A stretch of DNA of 64,000 nucleotides from an uncultured delta proteobacterium (GCA_963735595.1 CAVTLK010000003.1:1-64000); one strand, 5' to 3'; numbered from the stretch's first letter, positions 8,337-21,631 are shown. Program-made: numbers and translations. The notes: generated from the letters alone by a model not told the origin.

Positions 8337-9969
8337 ATGGCCCCCAAGACCAAGGGTATCAAGAGCGACGCTGCGAGCATCGGAAACAACCGGGCAGCGG
8401 ACGGTCAGGATATCGGCAGTAACCCAAAAAGCACTCCCCTCGGCACGCCCGGCGATCTCGTTACCCCCGATATGAAGAAATACCAGGCGATGCTTGGCTC
8501 CAATCCCTCCTCCCGCGTATTTGCGACCCTGGCGGAGCTCTATCGCAAGCAGGGCATGTATGACGAGGCCATCGGGCTGTGCCTCAAGGGCCTCGGGCAC
8601 CACCCGGATTACCTCAGCGGCCGGGTCGTCCTGGGTCTGGCCTATTTTGACAAGGGGATGATCAGGGATGCTGCAGAAGTGCTCGAACGGGTCGTTTCAG
8701 CAAAACCGGATCACCTGATGGCCGCCAGGGCCCTCGGCGACGTCATGCTGGCGGACGGCGATAATGAGCGGGCCGAGTACTATTTCAACCATGTCCTTTC
8801 GCTTGCGCCCGACGATCAGGACGTTATCAGGAAGCTTGAATCGTTGACGAACCGGCCCGGCGCGGAAGTCCCGCCGCAGACGGCCACGGACGAAACGGCT
8901 CACGAGGCGGCAGCGCCCTTACCCGACGAGATCATCGAGGGTGAGGGCCTGGAGATTGTCGAGAGCGGCGGCCTCTCTCTGGAAGATACGGCCAACAGCC
9001 GCCACGAGAACGGAGAGACGCGCCAAGCCGCCGGCGATGTCCTTCCCGCAGACGAGGTGTCCGACATCCTCATCGAACCGGAACAGGAACACCGCCGCAG
9101 AAAGGGACCGCGCGTCCACCAGCCCGGCGTCGCGACGAAACCCGAAAGAGATGCGCCGGCGGCCGCAACCGGTCTCCCCCCTGTACCACGCTATCGAACG
9201 CCTACAAATAGGGATCGTCATTACCGATCTTGACGGCACCGTTCATTACGCCAACGGCGCCGTATCCGAAAGCCATGGCTGGGCAAAGGAAGACCCGATC
9301 GGTCGAAACATAAGTGACTTCTTTCCCCCGGGGATCTTCCAACCGATGACAATGCACGAGATCCTTGACAAGAAAAGAGCCTCTCCAAACATACCGTAAA
9401 CGTGAGGAAGGACGGCTCGGATCTTTCCCGTTCGTATAACCTTCGACATCGTTGAGGGCGAATCGAGGCCTGCCTATATCATCGTCGGTATCGACGACCC
9501 TTTCCCGGCACAAAGACGTCGACGAGGACCTGTGGCAGCTCTCCATCAAAGACGCCGAGTCAGGCCTGTCAACCGTCGCTATTTTCTCTCAAAGATCGCT
9601 GAAGAAACCAAGAGGGCGGAGAGGATTGGGTATCCGCTCTGCCTGATGGTCATTACCATCGACAACTTCAAATCGTATCAGGCGGCCGATGCCCCCCGGA
9701 AAGGTCAAGACGGTCGCCGAGATCGGAAAAATCGCGAGGCAGTCCATCAGGAAGGAGTTTGACAGCGCTTACCGCCTCACTGAGGAGGAATTCGCCGTCA
9801 TCCTGCTCACCGCCACCGACCAGAAGGCCCTCATCGTGGCGCAACGCCTGAGGGAAAAGATCACCAAGAGGTTGCCCGGAATCGAGATCGGAATCGGGAC
9901 CGCCTCCAGCAAGATCACCGGTCAATCGAAGGCCTGATAGGTGCCGCCGAAAAGGCTATCAATCGGTAA
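8337..9969 (+). CDS. TPR-PAS-degenerate GGDEF protein (frameshifted in this sequence)
   Basis: TPR repeats, then IGIVITDLDGTVHYAN (PAS), then AYRLTEEEFAVIL, spread over several frames. Confidence 0.75.
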
Positions 9970-10258
9970 CTAACGCCCCCCGGAGGGCTAAGGGAGCCAG
10001 ACCCCAAATAGGTACGATGCGCCTTCCTCCGGAATGTCGATAGGATACTCCCCCCTCCCCTCCCCCTTCCCGTCTATCCCACTCGCCCGAACAGAATACC
10101 GTTGATTTCGTTTCCGAAAAATGATATGGTTCGGTGGATAAGTAAAAGAGAAATACACACCCCCATCGGCGTCGGGGGGGGGCGAATTTCGACCACATCC
10201 GAGACTGACGACGGATATCGTGCCGCCGGTGTAGTTAGCTGAAGGGAACCAAGACAAC

Positions 10259-11450
10259 ATGAAGAAACTGAAGATAGCCCTGATTATCGATCAATTCGAC
10301 CCCCGGTCGGGCGGGGCGGAGCGGTATACCGGCAACCTGGCGGCGGGCCTCGCCCGCGAGGGCCACGAGGTGCACGTCTTCTGCCGGCACGGCCGGCCTT
10401 CCCAGAACGGCATTGCCGTACACGTGATCCCGACTATCAAGTACCCCAAGTACCTGAGGCTTCTGACGTTTGTGCGGGGCGTGAGGAAACATGTCAGGAA
10501 GGAGGATTTTGATATTATCCACGGGCTCGTGCATAATCCGGGGGGTACCAGCTGAATTCTCATACGGGCATCGTACAATTATGGTTGTGACGGGCACCGG
10601 TCCCGCGAGTCGGCGGCGGCCCTGCTCTGGGGCCGTATCGTTCGGTTCCTCTCTCCGCGCAGGCACCTCATCCTTTCCCTCCAGAGGCAGCAGTACCGCG
10701 ATCCCTGGGTCAGGCGACCACCTCCCAGTGACAAAATCAAGAACGATATCATGCGATATCATGGCGTCGAGGGCGACCGCATTGAGGTAATCGACAACGG
10801 GCTCGACATCAGGCAATTCAATCCCGGCAACCGCGCCACGTATCGGGACGCGAAAAAGTCGGCCTTACCGAAGACGAGATTATGATCCTGACGGTAACCA
10901 ACAACTACCGGCTCAAGGGGATATTTCCGGCCATACGCATGCTGCCGGCCCTCGCGCGGAGGGTAGATAAACCGTTTGCTGAAGACCCATGGCCGAGGGA
11001 CGACGCGGGCCCATACCGGGAGGAAGCCGAGTGTTTCGGATTGGGTCGTATTCATGAACTTCGTGAAGACATCACGCCGCTGTACGCCGCGGCCGATATC
11101 TTCATGCTGAGTTGACGTTTTACGATACGCGCGGCGCGAACGTAAACGTAGAAGCGATCTCCGGGCTTCCCGTGGTAACCACGAAGGACGCCGGCTCTCA
11201 CGTGTTCGTTAAATCAAGAGACATGGGATGGGTTGTCGACGATCCGCGAGACCACGAGGCCGTCGCAGAGGCCGTATCCTACGATCTCGAGAGAAGCGCG
11301 GGCAAAGGCATACGCCGTCTCCGAGAAACTATACACCCGATTTTCCTCAAGTGAGACACTAATAAGATCCAGGAGGTATATCGGCGGGTTATCTCAGGGC
11401 AACAAGGATAGGCACGCGCCGCAGTACTCGGCCGGCCTCAATATACGCGA
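10259..11450 (+). pseudogene. GT4 glycosyltransferase (WaaG-like); many indels, probably read errors; end approximate
   Basis: GGAERY..NLA..L...GHEVHV; YAAADIF; EA..SGLPVVTT. Confidence 0.7.
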
Positions 11451-11472
11451 CTCAATTACAGTCAAGGCGGCG

Positions 11473-12238
11473 ATGAAAGACAGATACTATTCCCATTTCG
11501 GTATATCTGATAACAAAAAACGAGATCCGGAGGATCGAGCGGCGTCTTACCAGCGTTGCCGGCTGGGCTGATGAGATCGTGGTGGAGGATTCCGGAAGCG
11601 ACGACGGCACCCTCGAGGTCGTCCGAAAGTTCACTCACGGTATATCACAAAGACTTCGAGGGGTTCGGGCAGCAATACACGTATGCCCATGGGTTGACGA
11701 AAAATAAATGGGTCATGTATATCGACGGAGACGAGGAAGGTCCTCCCGGCTTTCGCCGACGAAATCATCGGGCTCTTCAAGGACGGCGACCCCCAGGGCG
11801 AATGGCAGCACGCCCGAGGGAGACGTTCTATTCGGCTGATGGATCAAACACGGGGGTGGTACCCCGACCTTATCCATCGTATTCTTGCACTTGGAAGACC
11901 AGGGGACGTGGAAAAAGGGCCTGCATCCGAAGCTCCATATCAACGGGAAAAATGGAGAGGCTCGAACACCCGTTCCTCCACTACAATTACCGCGATATCT
12001 CACACCAGATCATGACGGTGGACCGCTATTCGACAATCGCCTCCAAAGAACAGGTCGATCAGGGTAAGGAGTCTCGATAGCAAGGCTGTGGCCTTCCGGG
12101 TTGTGCGAGACTATTTTCTCCGGGGAGGTTTACGAGATGCTGGGCTCTTACATCGCGGCGACGCACCGCCTACTACGTCTTCATAAAATACGCCAAGACC
12201 TGGGAGCTCGTGAGAGCGAAAAACATACTCTCGGGTAG
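11473..12238 (+). pseudogene. GT2 glycosyltransferase (KdtX/WaaE-like), indel-riddled copy
   Basis: WVMYIDGDE, LHYNYRDISH..TVDRYS; mirrors 19324-20114. Confidence 0.7.
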
Positions 12239-12662
12239 TGATCGGGAAGATCGTGGCTTGACACCGGACCCCAGACCGATCCTCCCGTACATGGAGAGCC
12301 GTCACCCGATTAGTACCGGCGAGCCGGAGTTCAGTTCCGCCCTGGCATGAATCCACTGGAACAAATGCTGCCCTAAGGAAATCCCTTTCTATCGGTTCTT
12401 CCCAATCACGCGTCGCATAGTCCCGCTGCTAACGGCTCACGTCACCATAACTATCTACCGATGTCACTTACATTAGAGACTCCACATATTATATATAACT
12501 AATTCCATTGCAGTTTCCGGACAACTATTCTAATCTATCGCGCATGATGATGAGTTCTTGCGACCATCGCGAACATCATGGCTTTTTGAGGTGTTGATTC
12601 ATTACGCGCGAATTCAACCCACCGGTTCACTACTTACAGGCCGTTAAAGGAGGCAAATCGAA

Positions 12663-14582
12663 ATGAGACCGACTAACACATTTAAGCAGCTATTCGGGAT
12701 CTATCGGAGAGTACTCCGCATACGACGGTAAAATACCCTCACGAAAATCCCCTTTTTGAAAACCCCCCGGGAATATCTTGAATCCAGGAGAGGTAAATTC
12801 CTGTACGGTGTTTTTAAGCGATTGTCCGAACGCCGGGCCATAAATAACTAAGGCCTCGATAATATAAATTATATCTGTGATGTGCCGTGTGGGCCGGGAG
12901 ATTATTCTCCTACTGGGGAAAAGAGGATACAGAGTCACTGGTGTTGATCTTTCCGATCCTATGCTTGTGGTGCATGTGAGGTGTGTGCTGATTTTGATCC
13001 ACGAAACAGAGTGATTAAAGGCGATGCCTTCTCGCTCAATGACTTCTTGCCGGAGAAAAACCCGATCTGATCGCTTCGATCAGATTCTTTTATTACTTCA
13101 AGAGAGAAAAGAGAATCGAGCTACTGAAGACCATGGCTGCGGCATCGAAAAAGTATTTGCTCGTACAGTATAAGCATCCGAGACGATAAGGGGAAGGCGG
13201 AGACTAAGAATGATTCGTGATATTGGCTTCGCCCTCCAGTCAGCAATTCTGTTCAACGAGGAAATTAGACACTCTGGAGGCCGCCGGTTTGGAATTGATC
13301 AGGATCGTGCCCATCTCGAAGTTTTCCGACAGGTCTTTGTTGCCGCGCGGAAACGCCTGCAACAGGAAAATACCTGCGGAAACGAGACGCCATACCGCGC
13401 GGCCCGACGCAGGGATGGGGCAACGGACTTCTCCCCGGTTATGCCGACGGCGCAGGCCGGCAAGCAAACCGAGCGGCTTCATCAGAGCCGGAAACGAAAA
13501 ACGGGAACATACCAAAACAGCCGAAGGGGGAATAAACAACGATGAGAAGAAGGGTATCGCCAGCACCGCCCTTCCTGTGCATTTTCCTTTTCTCTTTCGC
13601 CATCCTGTTTTCATTGTCTATGCCACGGCGTCGATCGTATACGGAGAGTCAACTGAGGATGTCCAGTTGCCGAAGTTCCTGGGAAATAAACCTGATAATA
13701 TCAAACTTGGCCTCACGGCAACCATACCGGCCCCGGCCCCTTTTCGTTCTATGTGGTCGGGACACGAAGTCTCGCCAATTTCTTTCCTTCCATATATGAA
13801 AACGGATATCCGCGACGATACTCCCGATTCGGCCTCATCCTCGGTGATTTTGTTACCAATCCAAAGCCCGAGGACTCACCACATTTTTTGATCGACTTCA
13901 CCACATGGGGTGTCCGGTCACCCTGTTTGCGGCACCCATGATATTGTCACGAAAGAAGATATCGGTCGCAAGCGCTCATTCACCTTTACGTTAAAAGACT
14001 ATGAAAATATACATATGGCCGCGATTTTTCGTTTACCTATCACGGGTGCCTGTTTATTGTTTCTCAATGATATCGGACACGACGGCCATGTTGCTTACCT
14101 CGCCGACGCCCTTTCCGCCGAGTGAAGGATACCCTCATGACCTTCGTCTTTGCCCACATCCCGCCCAATATCGTCCGCAATCAAGTGCAGGCAACGACCG
14201 CAGGGGGAGGAGCGATTTATCCCTTATTAACGAATACAACGTCGATTACGTCATCGGGGAGATTTTCATTCCTATTTTCGCTGCAAGACCTAGTTTCATT
14301 ATTTCTGGAGGCGGAATGGATAAGAGGGAGATAGGACGGAGAACAGAAAACACGTGTTTCACAGCGCGTTGAGGTAGACCCGCTGACGAAAGACGTGGCG
14401 GAACGCGCGGACGACCAAACAAACATCTTGCATATGGGAAGAAAGACCGCAATCACTCAGGTCTTTGCCTTCTTCGAAAGAAACGAGCATTGGGAGGCCC
14501 CGTTTCATCCTCGACGGCGTTATTGTCGTTTCTCCTTGGCGCGTTAGGATTCGTATTTGCGGCGCGCGCCCATAAAAGGTAA
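12663..14582 (+). pseudogene. Indel-riddled mirror of the methyltransferase + metallophosphoesterase locus
   Basis: Near-identical to the reverse complement of 16893-18878 apart from indels. Confidence 0.75.
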
Positions 14583-14959
14583 TCGCGCCGTCAATGCGGC
14601 GGAAGGGGCACGGGCACAAAGGCCCCGCGTCTCGCTGAAATATCTCGATCGGATATATCTTTAGATATTAGCTTTCCGCTGCAATTTTTCGTTCTGGAGC
14701 GGATTTTTTCACTACCCCGATCCTATTTGAATGAACTCGCGCGAAAACAGTTTTATTCAGACCCGTCTCTGTATCTTCGCTACAACAATACTATTCAAAA
14801 GACTATATTTGTGATAAAATTTCTAAGAATCTTCATGTGGAGCCCGGTCATCTAGTGAACGGCGGGTTACTCCCGCGATTGATTTTTTTATGAACCGGCC
14901 GGAAATTGATACCCTTTTCGACTGCATTCGGCCCTTTTGAGATCCTATTGGTGGTCCCA

Positions 14960-15697
14960 ATGAAAAGGATACTGTTGATGGTCCCGGATCCTCGCACAGC
15001 TTACCGATATTCTAACATCACTCGGATACGGCCTCGGCTGCATCCGGCGGAAGCGATTCCTCGCCAACGCGCCTCCCGACGCGATCCTGATGGATATCGT
15101 CATGCCCGGGCCGAACCTGACGGCATTCGGCTGGCGCGCCTGATCCATCAAGAGCTTGATATTCCGACCATCTTCCTGACGGAAGCCGGAACGCAGACGT
15201 AGTATCCAGGATCAGAGATACCGGCGCGTACGGGTATATCGAGAAACCGGTCAGCGAAGCGAGTATCTCGGGAGCGGCTATCGAAATCGCCCTGCGGCAA
15301 AGACAATCCGTCCGGAACACTGACCTCTATGAAGACCTCGTCGAGACGAGCGACTTTGTTTACGTCCTGATGGCGGGGAACATAGAAATCGACCGCGTGC
15401 CGGGCGCTCGGTGGATCTCTCGATCGGCTCAAGGGCAGGAATATTAAAGACCTGATACCATCGGCCTCGTATAGAATCGCGCAGGTTCGCGACGGCTCGA
15501 GGGAGAACGAATTTTGAGCTTGAGCTGTATGACGCCGAAAAGAACGTGAGGACCATTGAAACCCGGGAGCGGCCTAAATGGGAAAATGGGAGAATTGTTG
15601 AGGCTTACGGGATCGGGTGGGACGTAACCGAGCGAAAAAGGGCCGACAAGTTTTTCAGGAAGCGCGAGGAGCGTTACCGGATCATAACCGAAAATAT
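14960..15697 (+). pseudogene. Truncated, indel-riddled REC-PAS gene (mirror)
   Basis: Mirror of 15698-16510. Confidence 0.7.
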
Positions 15698-16510
15698 CCA
15701 GGACCCAGACGGTATCCCGCATATTTTCGGTTATGATCCGGTAACGCTCCTCGCGCTTCCTGAAAAGCTCTTCGGCCCTTTTCCGCTCGGTTACGTCCCG
15801 CCCGATCCCGTAGACCTCAACAATTCTCCCATTTTCCCATTTAGGCCGCTCCCGGGTTTCAATGGTCCTCACGTTCTTTTCGGCGTCATACAGCTCAAGC
15901 TCAAAATTGCCGATTTGTTCTCCCTCGAGCCGTCGGGCGAAGACCTCTGCGGCGATTCTATACGAGGCCGATGGTATCAGGTCTTTAATATTCCTGCCCT
16001 TGAGCCGATCGAGAGATCCACCGAGCGCCCGGCACGCGGTCGTATTCAGGAACTCTATGTTCCCCCGGCCGTCCAGGACGTAAACAAAGTCGCTGGTATT
16101 CTCGACGAGGTCTTCATAGAGGTCGGCAATCTTCCGGACGGATTGTCTTTGCCGCAGGGCGATTTCGATAGCCGCTCCGATTTCGCTTTGGCTGACCGGT
16201 TTCTCGATATACCCGTACGCGCCGGACTCTCTGATCCTGGATACGACGTCTGCGTTCCGGCTTCCCGTCAGGAAGATGGTCGGAATATCAAGCTCTTGAT
16301 GGATCAGGCGCGCCGCCCCAATGCCGTCAGGTTCGCCGGGCATGACGATATCCATCAGGATCGCGTCGGGACGCAGCGTTCGGGCGAGGTCAATCGCTTC
16401 CGCGCGCCGGATGCGGCCGAGCCGACCGTTTCATATCCGAGTGATGTTAGAATATCGGTAAGCTGTGCGAGGATCAGGGGGGAGTCGTCGACTATCAGTA
16501 TCCTTTTCAT
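15698..16510 (-). CDS. Response regulator receiver + PAS sensor, truncated at the fold-back point
   Basis: LMDIVMPG..DGI.AA, IPTIFLT, YGYIEKP; PAS ends GIGRDVTERKRAEE; the second PAS is cut at ENMRDTVWVLD. Confidence 0.85.
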
Positions 16511-16892
16511 TGGGACCACCAATAGGATCTCAAAAGGGCCGAATGCAGTCGAAAAGGGTATCGATTCCCGGCCGGTTCATAAAAAAATCAATCGCGGGAG
16601 TAACCCGCCGATTTACTAGATGACCGGGCTCCACATGAAGATTCTTAGAAATTTTATCACAAATATAGTCTTTTGAATAGTATTGTTGTAGCGAAGATAC
16701 AGACGGGTCTGAATAAAACTGTTTTCGCGCGAGTTCATTCAAATAGGATCGGGGTAGTGAAAAAATCCGCTCCAGAACAAAACGTGCCGCTGGACACGGA
16801 AGGCTAATATCTAAAGATATATCCGATGGAGCTATATTTCGGCGAGAACGCGGGCCCTTCTGTCCGTGCCCCTTCCGGCATTGACGGCGCGA

Positions 16893-18878
16893 TTACCTTT
16901 TTATGCGGCCGCGCGCCGCGAATACGAATCCTAACGCGCCAAGGAGAAACGACAATAACGCCGTCGAGGATAAAACCGGGGCCTCCCAATGCTCGTTTCT
17001 TTCGAAGAAGGCAAAGACCTGAGTGATTGCGGTCTTTCTTCCCATATGCAAGATGTTTGTTTGGTCGTCCGCGCGGTATATGCGTTCCGCCACGTCTTTC
17101 GTGAGCGGGTCTACCTGGAGAAACACGCTGTGAAACGCGTCCTTTCTGTTCTCCGTATTATCTCCCCTCTTATCCATTCCGCCTCCAGAAATAATGAAAT
17201 TCGTATTTCCGGTCTTGCAGCGAAAATAGGAATGAAAATCTGCCCCGATGACGTAATCGACGTTGTATTCGTTAATAAGGGATAGAAATCGCTCCTCCCC
17301 CTGCATCGTCCTGCACTTGATTGCGGACGATATTGTATGGGGCGGGATGTGGGCAAAGACGAAGGTCATGAGGGTATCCTTCGCTCGGCGGGAAAGGGCG
17401 TCGGCGAGGTAAGCGACGTGGCCGTCGGTGTCGATATCGTTGAGAACGATAAACAGGCACCCGTGATAGGTAAACGAAAAATCGCCGGGGCCGTACATAT
17501 TTTCATAGTCTTTTAACGTAAAGGTGAATGAGCGCTTGCGACCGATATCTTCTTTCGTGACAATATCGTGGTTGCCGCAAACAAGAAATAGGGGTGACCG
17601 GACACCCCATGTGGTGAAGTCGATCAAAAAATGCTGATGATCCTCGGGCTTTGGATTGGTAACAAAATCACCGAGGATGAGGCCGAAATCGGGAGTATCG
17701 TCGCGGATATCGTTTTCATATATGGAAGGAAAGAAATTGGCAAGCTTCGTGTCCCCGACCACATAGAACGAAAAGGGGCCGGGGCCGGTATCGGTTGCCG
17801 TGAGCAGTTTGATATTATCAGGTTTATTTCCCAGGAACTTCGGCAACTGGATATCCTCAGTTGACTCTCCGTATACGATCGACGCCGTGGCATAGACAAA
17901 TGAAAACAGGATGGCGAAAGAGAAAAGGAAAATGCACAGGGAAGAGGCGGTGCTGGCGATACCCTTCTTTCTCATCGTTGTTAGTTCCCTTCGGCTGTTT
18001 TGGTATGTTCCCCCGTTTTTCGTTTCCGGCTCTGATGAAGCCGCTCGGTTTGCTTGCCGGCCTGCGCCGTCGGCATAACCGGGGAGAAGTCCGTTGCCCG
18101 CATCCCTGCGTCGGGCCGCGCGGTATGGCGTCTCGTTTCCGCAGGTCTGTTCCTGTTGCAGGCGTTTCCGCGCGGCAACAAAGACCCTGTCGGAAGACTG
18201 CGAGATGGGCACGATCCTGATCAATTCCAAACCGGCGGCCTCCAGATCCTCTCTAATTTCCTCATTAGAACAGAATTGCTGACTGGAGGGCGAAGCCGAT
18301 CTGGCGAACATTCTTAGTCTCCGCCTTCCCCTTATCGTCTCGGTAGTCTTATACTGTACGAGCAAATACTTTTTCGATGCCGCAGCCATGGTCTTCAGTA
18401 GCTCGATTCTCTTTTCTCTCTTGAAGTAATAAAAGAATCTGATCGAAGCGATCAGATCGGGCTTTTCTCCGGCAAGAGAGTCATTGAGCGAGAAGGCATC
18501 GCCTTTAATCACTCTGTTTCGTGGATCAAAATCGGCGCACACCTCGCGTGCCGCCGCAAGCATAGGATCGGAAAGATCAACACCAGTGACTCTGTATCCT
18601 CTTTTCCCCCAGTAGGAGAATAATCTCCCCGGCCCACACGGCACATCACAGATATAATTTATATTATCGAGGCCTTCCAGCGATTTATTTATGGCCCGGC
18701 GTTCGGACAATCGCTTAAAAACACCGTACAGGAATTTACCTCTCCTGGATTCAAGATATTCCCGGGGGTTTTCAAAAAGGGGATTTTCGTGAGGGTATTT
18801 TACCGTCGTATGCGGAGTACTCTCCGATAGATCCGGAATCGCCTTCTGCCTTAAATGAGTCGGTTTAGTCGGTCTCAT
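16893..18878 (-). CDS. Class I SAM methyltransferase followed in frame by a membrane-anchored metallophosphoesterase (fusion, or two genes)
   Basis: DVPCGPGR, GVDLS..ML; then TM, VVGDT, LGDFV, GNHD, FAHIPP, DFH.Y, SGGG. Confidence 0.8.
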   Translation of the reverse strand: MRPTKPTHLRQKAIPDLSESTPHTTVKYPHENPLFENPREYLESRRGKFLYGVFKRLSERRAINKSLEGLDNINYICDVPCGPGRLFSYWGKRGYRVTGVDLSDPMLAAAREVCADFDPRNRVIKGDAFSLNDSLAGEKPDLIASIRFFYYFKREKRIELLKTMAAASKKYLLVQYKTTETIRGRRRLRMFARSASPSSQQFCSNEEIREDLEAAGLELIRIVPISQSSDRVFVAARKRLQQEQTCGNETPYRAARRRDAGNGLLPGYADGAGRQANRAASSEPETKNGGTYQNSRRELTTMRKKGIASTASSLCIFLFSFAILFSFVYATASIVYGESTEDIQLPKFLGNKPDNIKLLTATDTGPGPFSFYVVGDTKLANFFPSIYENDIRDDTPDFGLILGDFVTNPKPEDHQHFLIDFTTWGVRSPLFLVCGNHDIVTKEDIGRKRSFTFTLKDYENMYGPGDFSFTYHGCLFIVLNDIDTDGHVAYLADALSRRAKDTLMTFVFAHIPPHTISSAIKCRTMQGEERFLSLINEYNVDYVIGADFHSYFRCKTGNTNFIISGGGMDKRGDNTENRKDAFHSVFLQVDPLTKDVAERIYRADDQTNILHMGRKTAITQVFAFFERNEHWEAPVLSSTALLSFLLGALGFVFAARGRIKR

Positions 18879-19323
18879 TTCGATTTGCCTCCCTTAACGG
18901 CCTGTAGTAGTAGTGAACCGGTGGGTTGAATTCGCGCGTAATGAATCAACACCTCAAAAAGCCGGACTGATCGTCGCGATGGTCGCAAGAACTCATCATC
19001 ATGCGCGATAGATTAGAATAGTTGTCCGGAAACTGCAAATGGATTAGTTATATATAATATGTGGAGTCTCTAATGTAAGTGACATCGGTAGATAGTTATG
19101 GTGACGGTAATTGAGCCGTTAGCGGCGGGAAGCTATGCGACGCGTGATTGGGAAGAACCGATAGAAAGGGATTTCCTTAGGGCGGCGTTTCTTCCAGCAC
19201 ATTAGTGGATTCATGCCAGGGCGGAACTGAACTCCGGCTCGCCGGTACTAATCGGGTGACGGCTCTCCATGTACGGGAGGATCGGTCTGGGGTCCGGTGT
19301 CAAGCCACGATCTTTCCCGATCA

Positions 19324-20114
19324 CTACCCGAGAGTATGTTTTTTCGCTCTCACGAGCTCCCAGGTCTTGGCGTATTTGATGAAGACGTAATAGGCGGTCG
19401 TGACCGCGATGATGAAGCCCGGCATACCGTCAAGAAAACCGCCCCGGAGAAAATAGTCCCGCACAAACCGAAACGGCGGGTTAAGCAGCAGCCTTGCTAT
19501 CGAGACTCCCTTACCCTGATCGACCTGTTCTTGGAGGCGATTGTCGAATAGCGGTCCACCGTCATGATCTGGTGTGAGATGTCGCGGTAGTTATAGTGGA
19601 GAAACGGGTGTTCAAGCCGCTCGAGTTTTCCGTCGATATGCAGCTTCGGGTGCAGGCCCTTTTCCCACGTCCCCCTGGATTTTCGATAGATGCGCAGGAT
19701 ATAGGTCGGGATACCACCCCCCGTGCTTGATCCATCGGCCCAGATAGAACGTCTCCCTCGGTGCGGTATACCCGTCGGCCGGGGGGTCGCCGTCTTGAAG
19801 AGCCCGATGATCTCGTCGCGGAGCTCGGGAGAGACCTCCTCGTCTCCGTCGATATACATGACCCATTTATTTTTCGTCAGCCCATGGGCATAGGTGTATT
19901 GCTGCCCGAAACCTTCGAAGTCCCGGTGATATACCCGGTCGGTGAACTTTCGGACGACTTCGAGGGTGCCGTCGTCGCTTCCGGAATCGACCACCACGAT
20001 CTCATCGGCCCAGTCGGCAACGCTCGCGAGCGCCCGCTCGATTCTCCGGATTTCGTTTTTCGTTATGAGTATACGGAAATGGGAATTGTATTTGTCTTTT
20101 TCATGCACATTCAC
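19324..20114 (-). CDS. GT2 glycosyltransferase (frameshifted)
   Basis: ITKNE, ADEIVVVDSGSDDGT, IDGDEEVSPEL. Confidence 0.8.
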
Positions 20115-20117
20115 CCG

Positions 20118-21342
20118 TTATTGGTCGCGTACGGCAGGCCGGTCGGTATGCGGTCGGATACCTATCCTTGTTGCCCTGAGATAGACCCGGCGATATACCT
20201 CCTGAATCCTCCTGATGTTTTCGGTTGAGGAGAATCGGGTGTATAGCTTCCCGGCGACGGCGTAGGCCTTTGTTTGCGCCTCACGCGAAAAATAGTAGGA
20301 TACGGCCTCCGCCAGGGCCTCGTGGTCTCTCGGATCATCGACAACCCATCCCATGTCTCTGGATTTAACGATAACCGTGGCAGCGCCGGCATTCTTGGTC
20401 GTTACCACCGGAAGCCCGGAGGCGATTGCCTCCACGGCGACGAGCGCGAACGAATCGTAGAACGTCGGAAAAAGAAGATATCGGCCGCCGCGTACAGGGG
20501 TGCGACGTCTTCCACGTAGTTCATGAATACGACCCGGTCCGAAACACCCAGCCGCTCGGCTTCCTTCGGTAGGGGCCTGAGTCGTCTCTGCCGACGATAA
20601 GGAGCCGAAACGGTTTATCTACCCTCCTCGCGAGGGCCGGCAGCATCCGTACGGCGGGATATATCCCCTTGAGCCGGAAGTTGTTGGTTACCGTCAGGAT
20701 CAGGATCTCGTCTGTCGGCCAGGCCGAGCTTTTTTCGCGTCGACTCTCTATACCGGTCCCGGTTGTTGGGATTGAATCCGTTGGATGTCAATCCCGTTGT
20801 TGATTACCTCTATGCGGTCGCCGTCGACGCGGTGAAATCGCATCATATCGTTCTTGACTTTTCGGAGATGGGAGATAATGGCCCTGACCCCGGGATCGCG
20901 GTACTGCTGCCTCTGGAGGGAAAGGATGAGGTGCCTGCGCGGGGAGAGGAACCGGACGATACGGCCCCAGAGGAGGGCCGCCGCCGACTCGCGGGATTGG
21001 TCGTCCCCTCAATCCAGGATTGTTCGACTGCCCGTATGAGAATTCAGCACGGTTACCCCGGGATTGTATCCGAGCCCGTGGACTAATATCGAAATCGTCC
21101 TTCCTGAGATGTTTCCTGACGCCCCGCACAAACGTCAGAAGCCTCAGGTACTTGGGGTAGTTGATGGTCGGGATCAGGTGAACGACAATGCCGTTCCGGG
21201 AAGATTGGCCGCGCCGGCAGAAGACGTGTATCTCGTGGCCTTCGCGGACCAGTCCCTCGGCCAGGTTCCCGGTATACCGCTCCGCCCCGCCCATCCGGTG
21301 GTCAAATTTATCGATAATCAGGGCTATCTTCAGTTTCTTCAT
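20118..21342 (-). CDS. GT4 glycosyltransferase (frameshifted)
   Basis: GGAERY; EAIASGLPVVTT. Confidence 0.8.
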
Positions 21343-21631
21343 GTTGTCTTGGTTCCCTTCAGCTAACTACTACCGGCGGCACGATATCCGTCGTCAGTCT
21401 CGGATGTGGTCAAAATCGCCCCCCCCCCCGACGCCGATGGGGGTGTGTATTTCTCTTTTACTTATCCACCGAACCATATCATTTTTCGGAGCGAAATCAA
21501 CGGTATTTTGTTCGGGCGAGTGGGATAGACGGGAAGGGGAAGGGAGGGGGGAGTATCCTATCGACATTCCGGAGGAAGGCGCATCGTACCTATTTCGGGT
21601 CTGGCTCCCTTAGCCCTCCGGGGGGCGTTAG

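Noticed and set aside
15698..15720. Hairpin telomere of a linear replicon
   Set aside because: The junction cuts a chromosomal signalling gene mid-domain, has an asymmetric 23-nt loop, and no protelomerase gene is visible.
15444..16619. ORFs 15444-16355(-) and 15546-16619(+) as novel proteins
   Set aside because: They read through the fold-back into antisense sequence.
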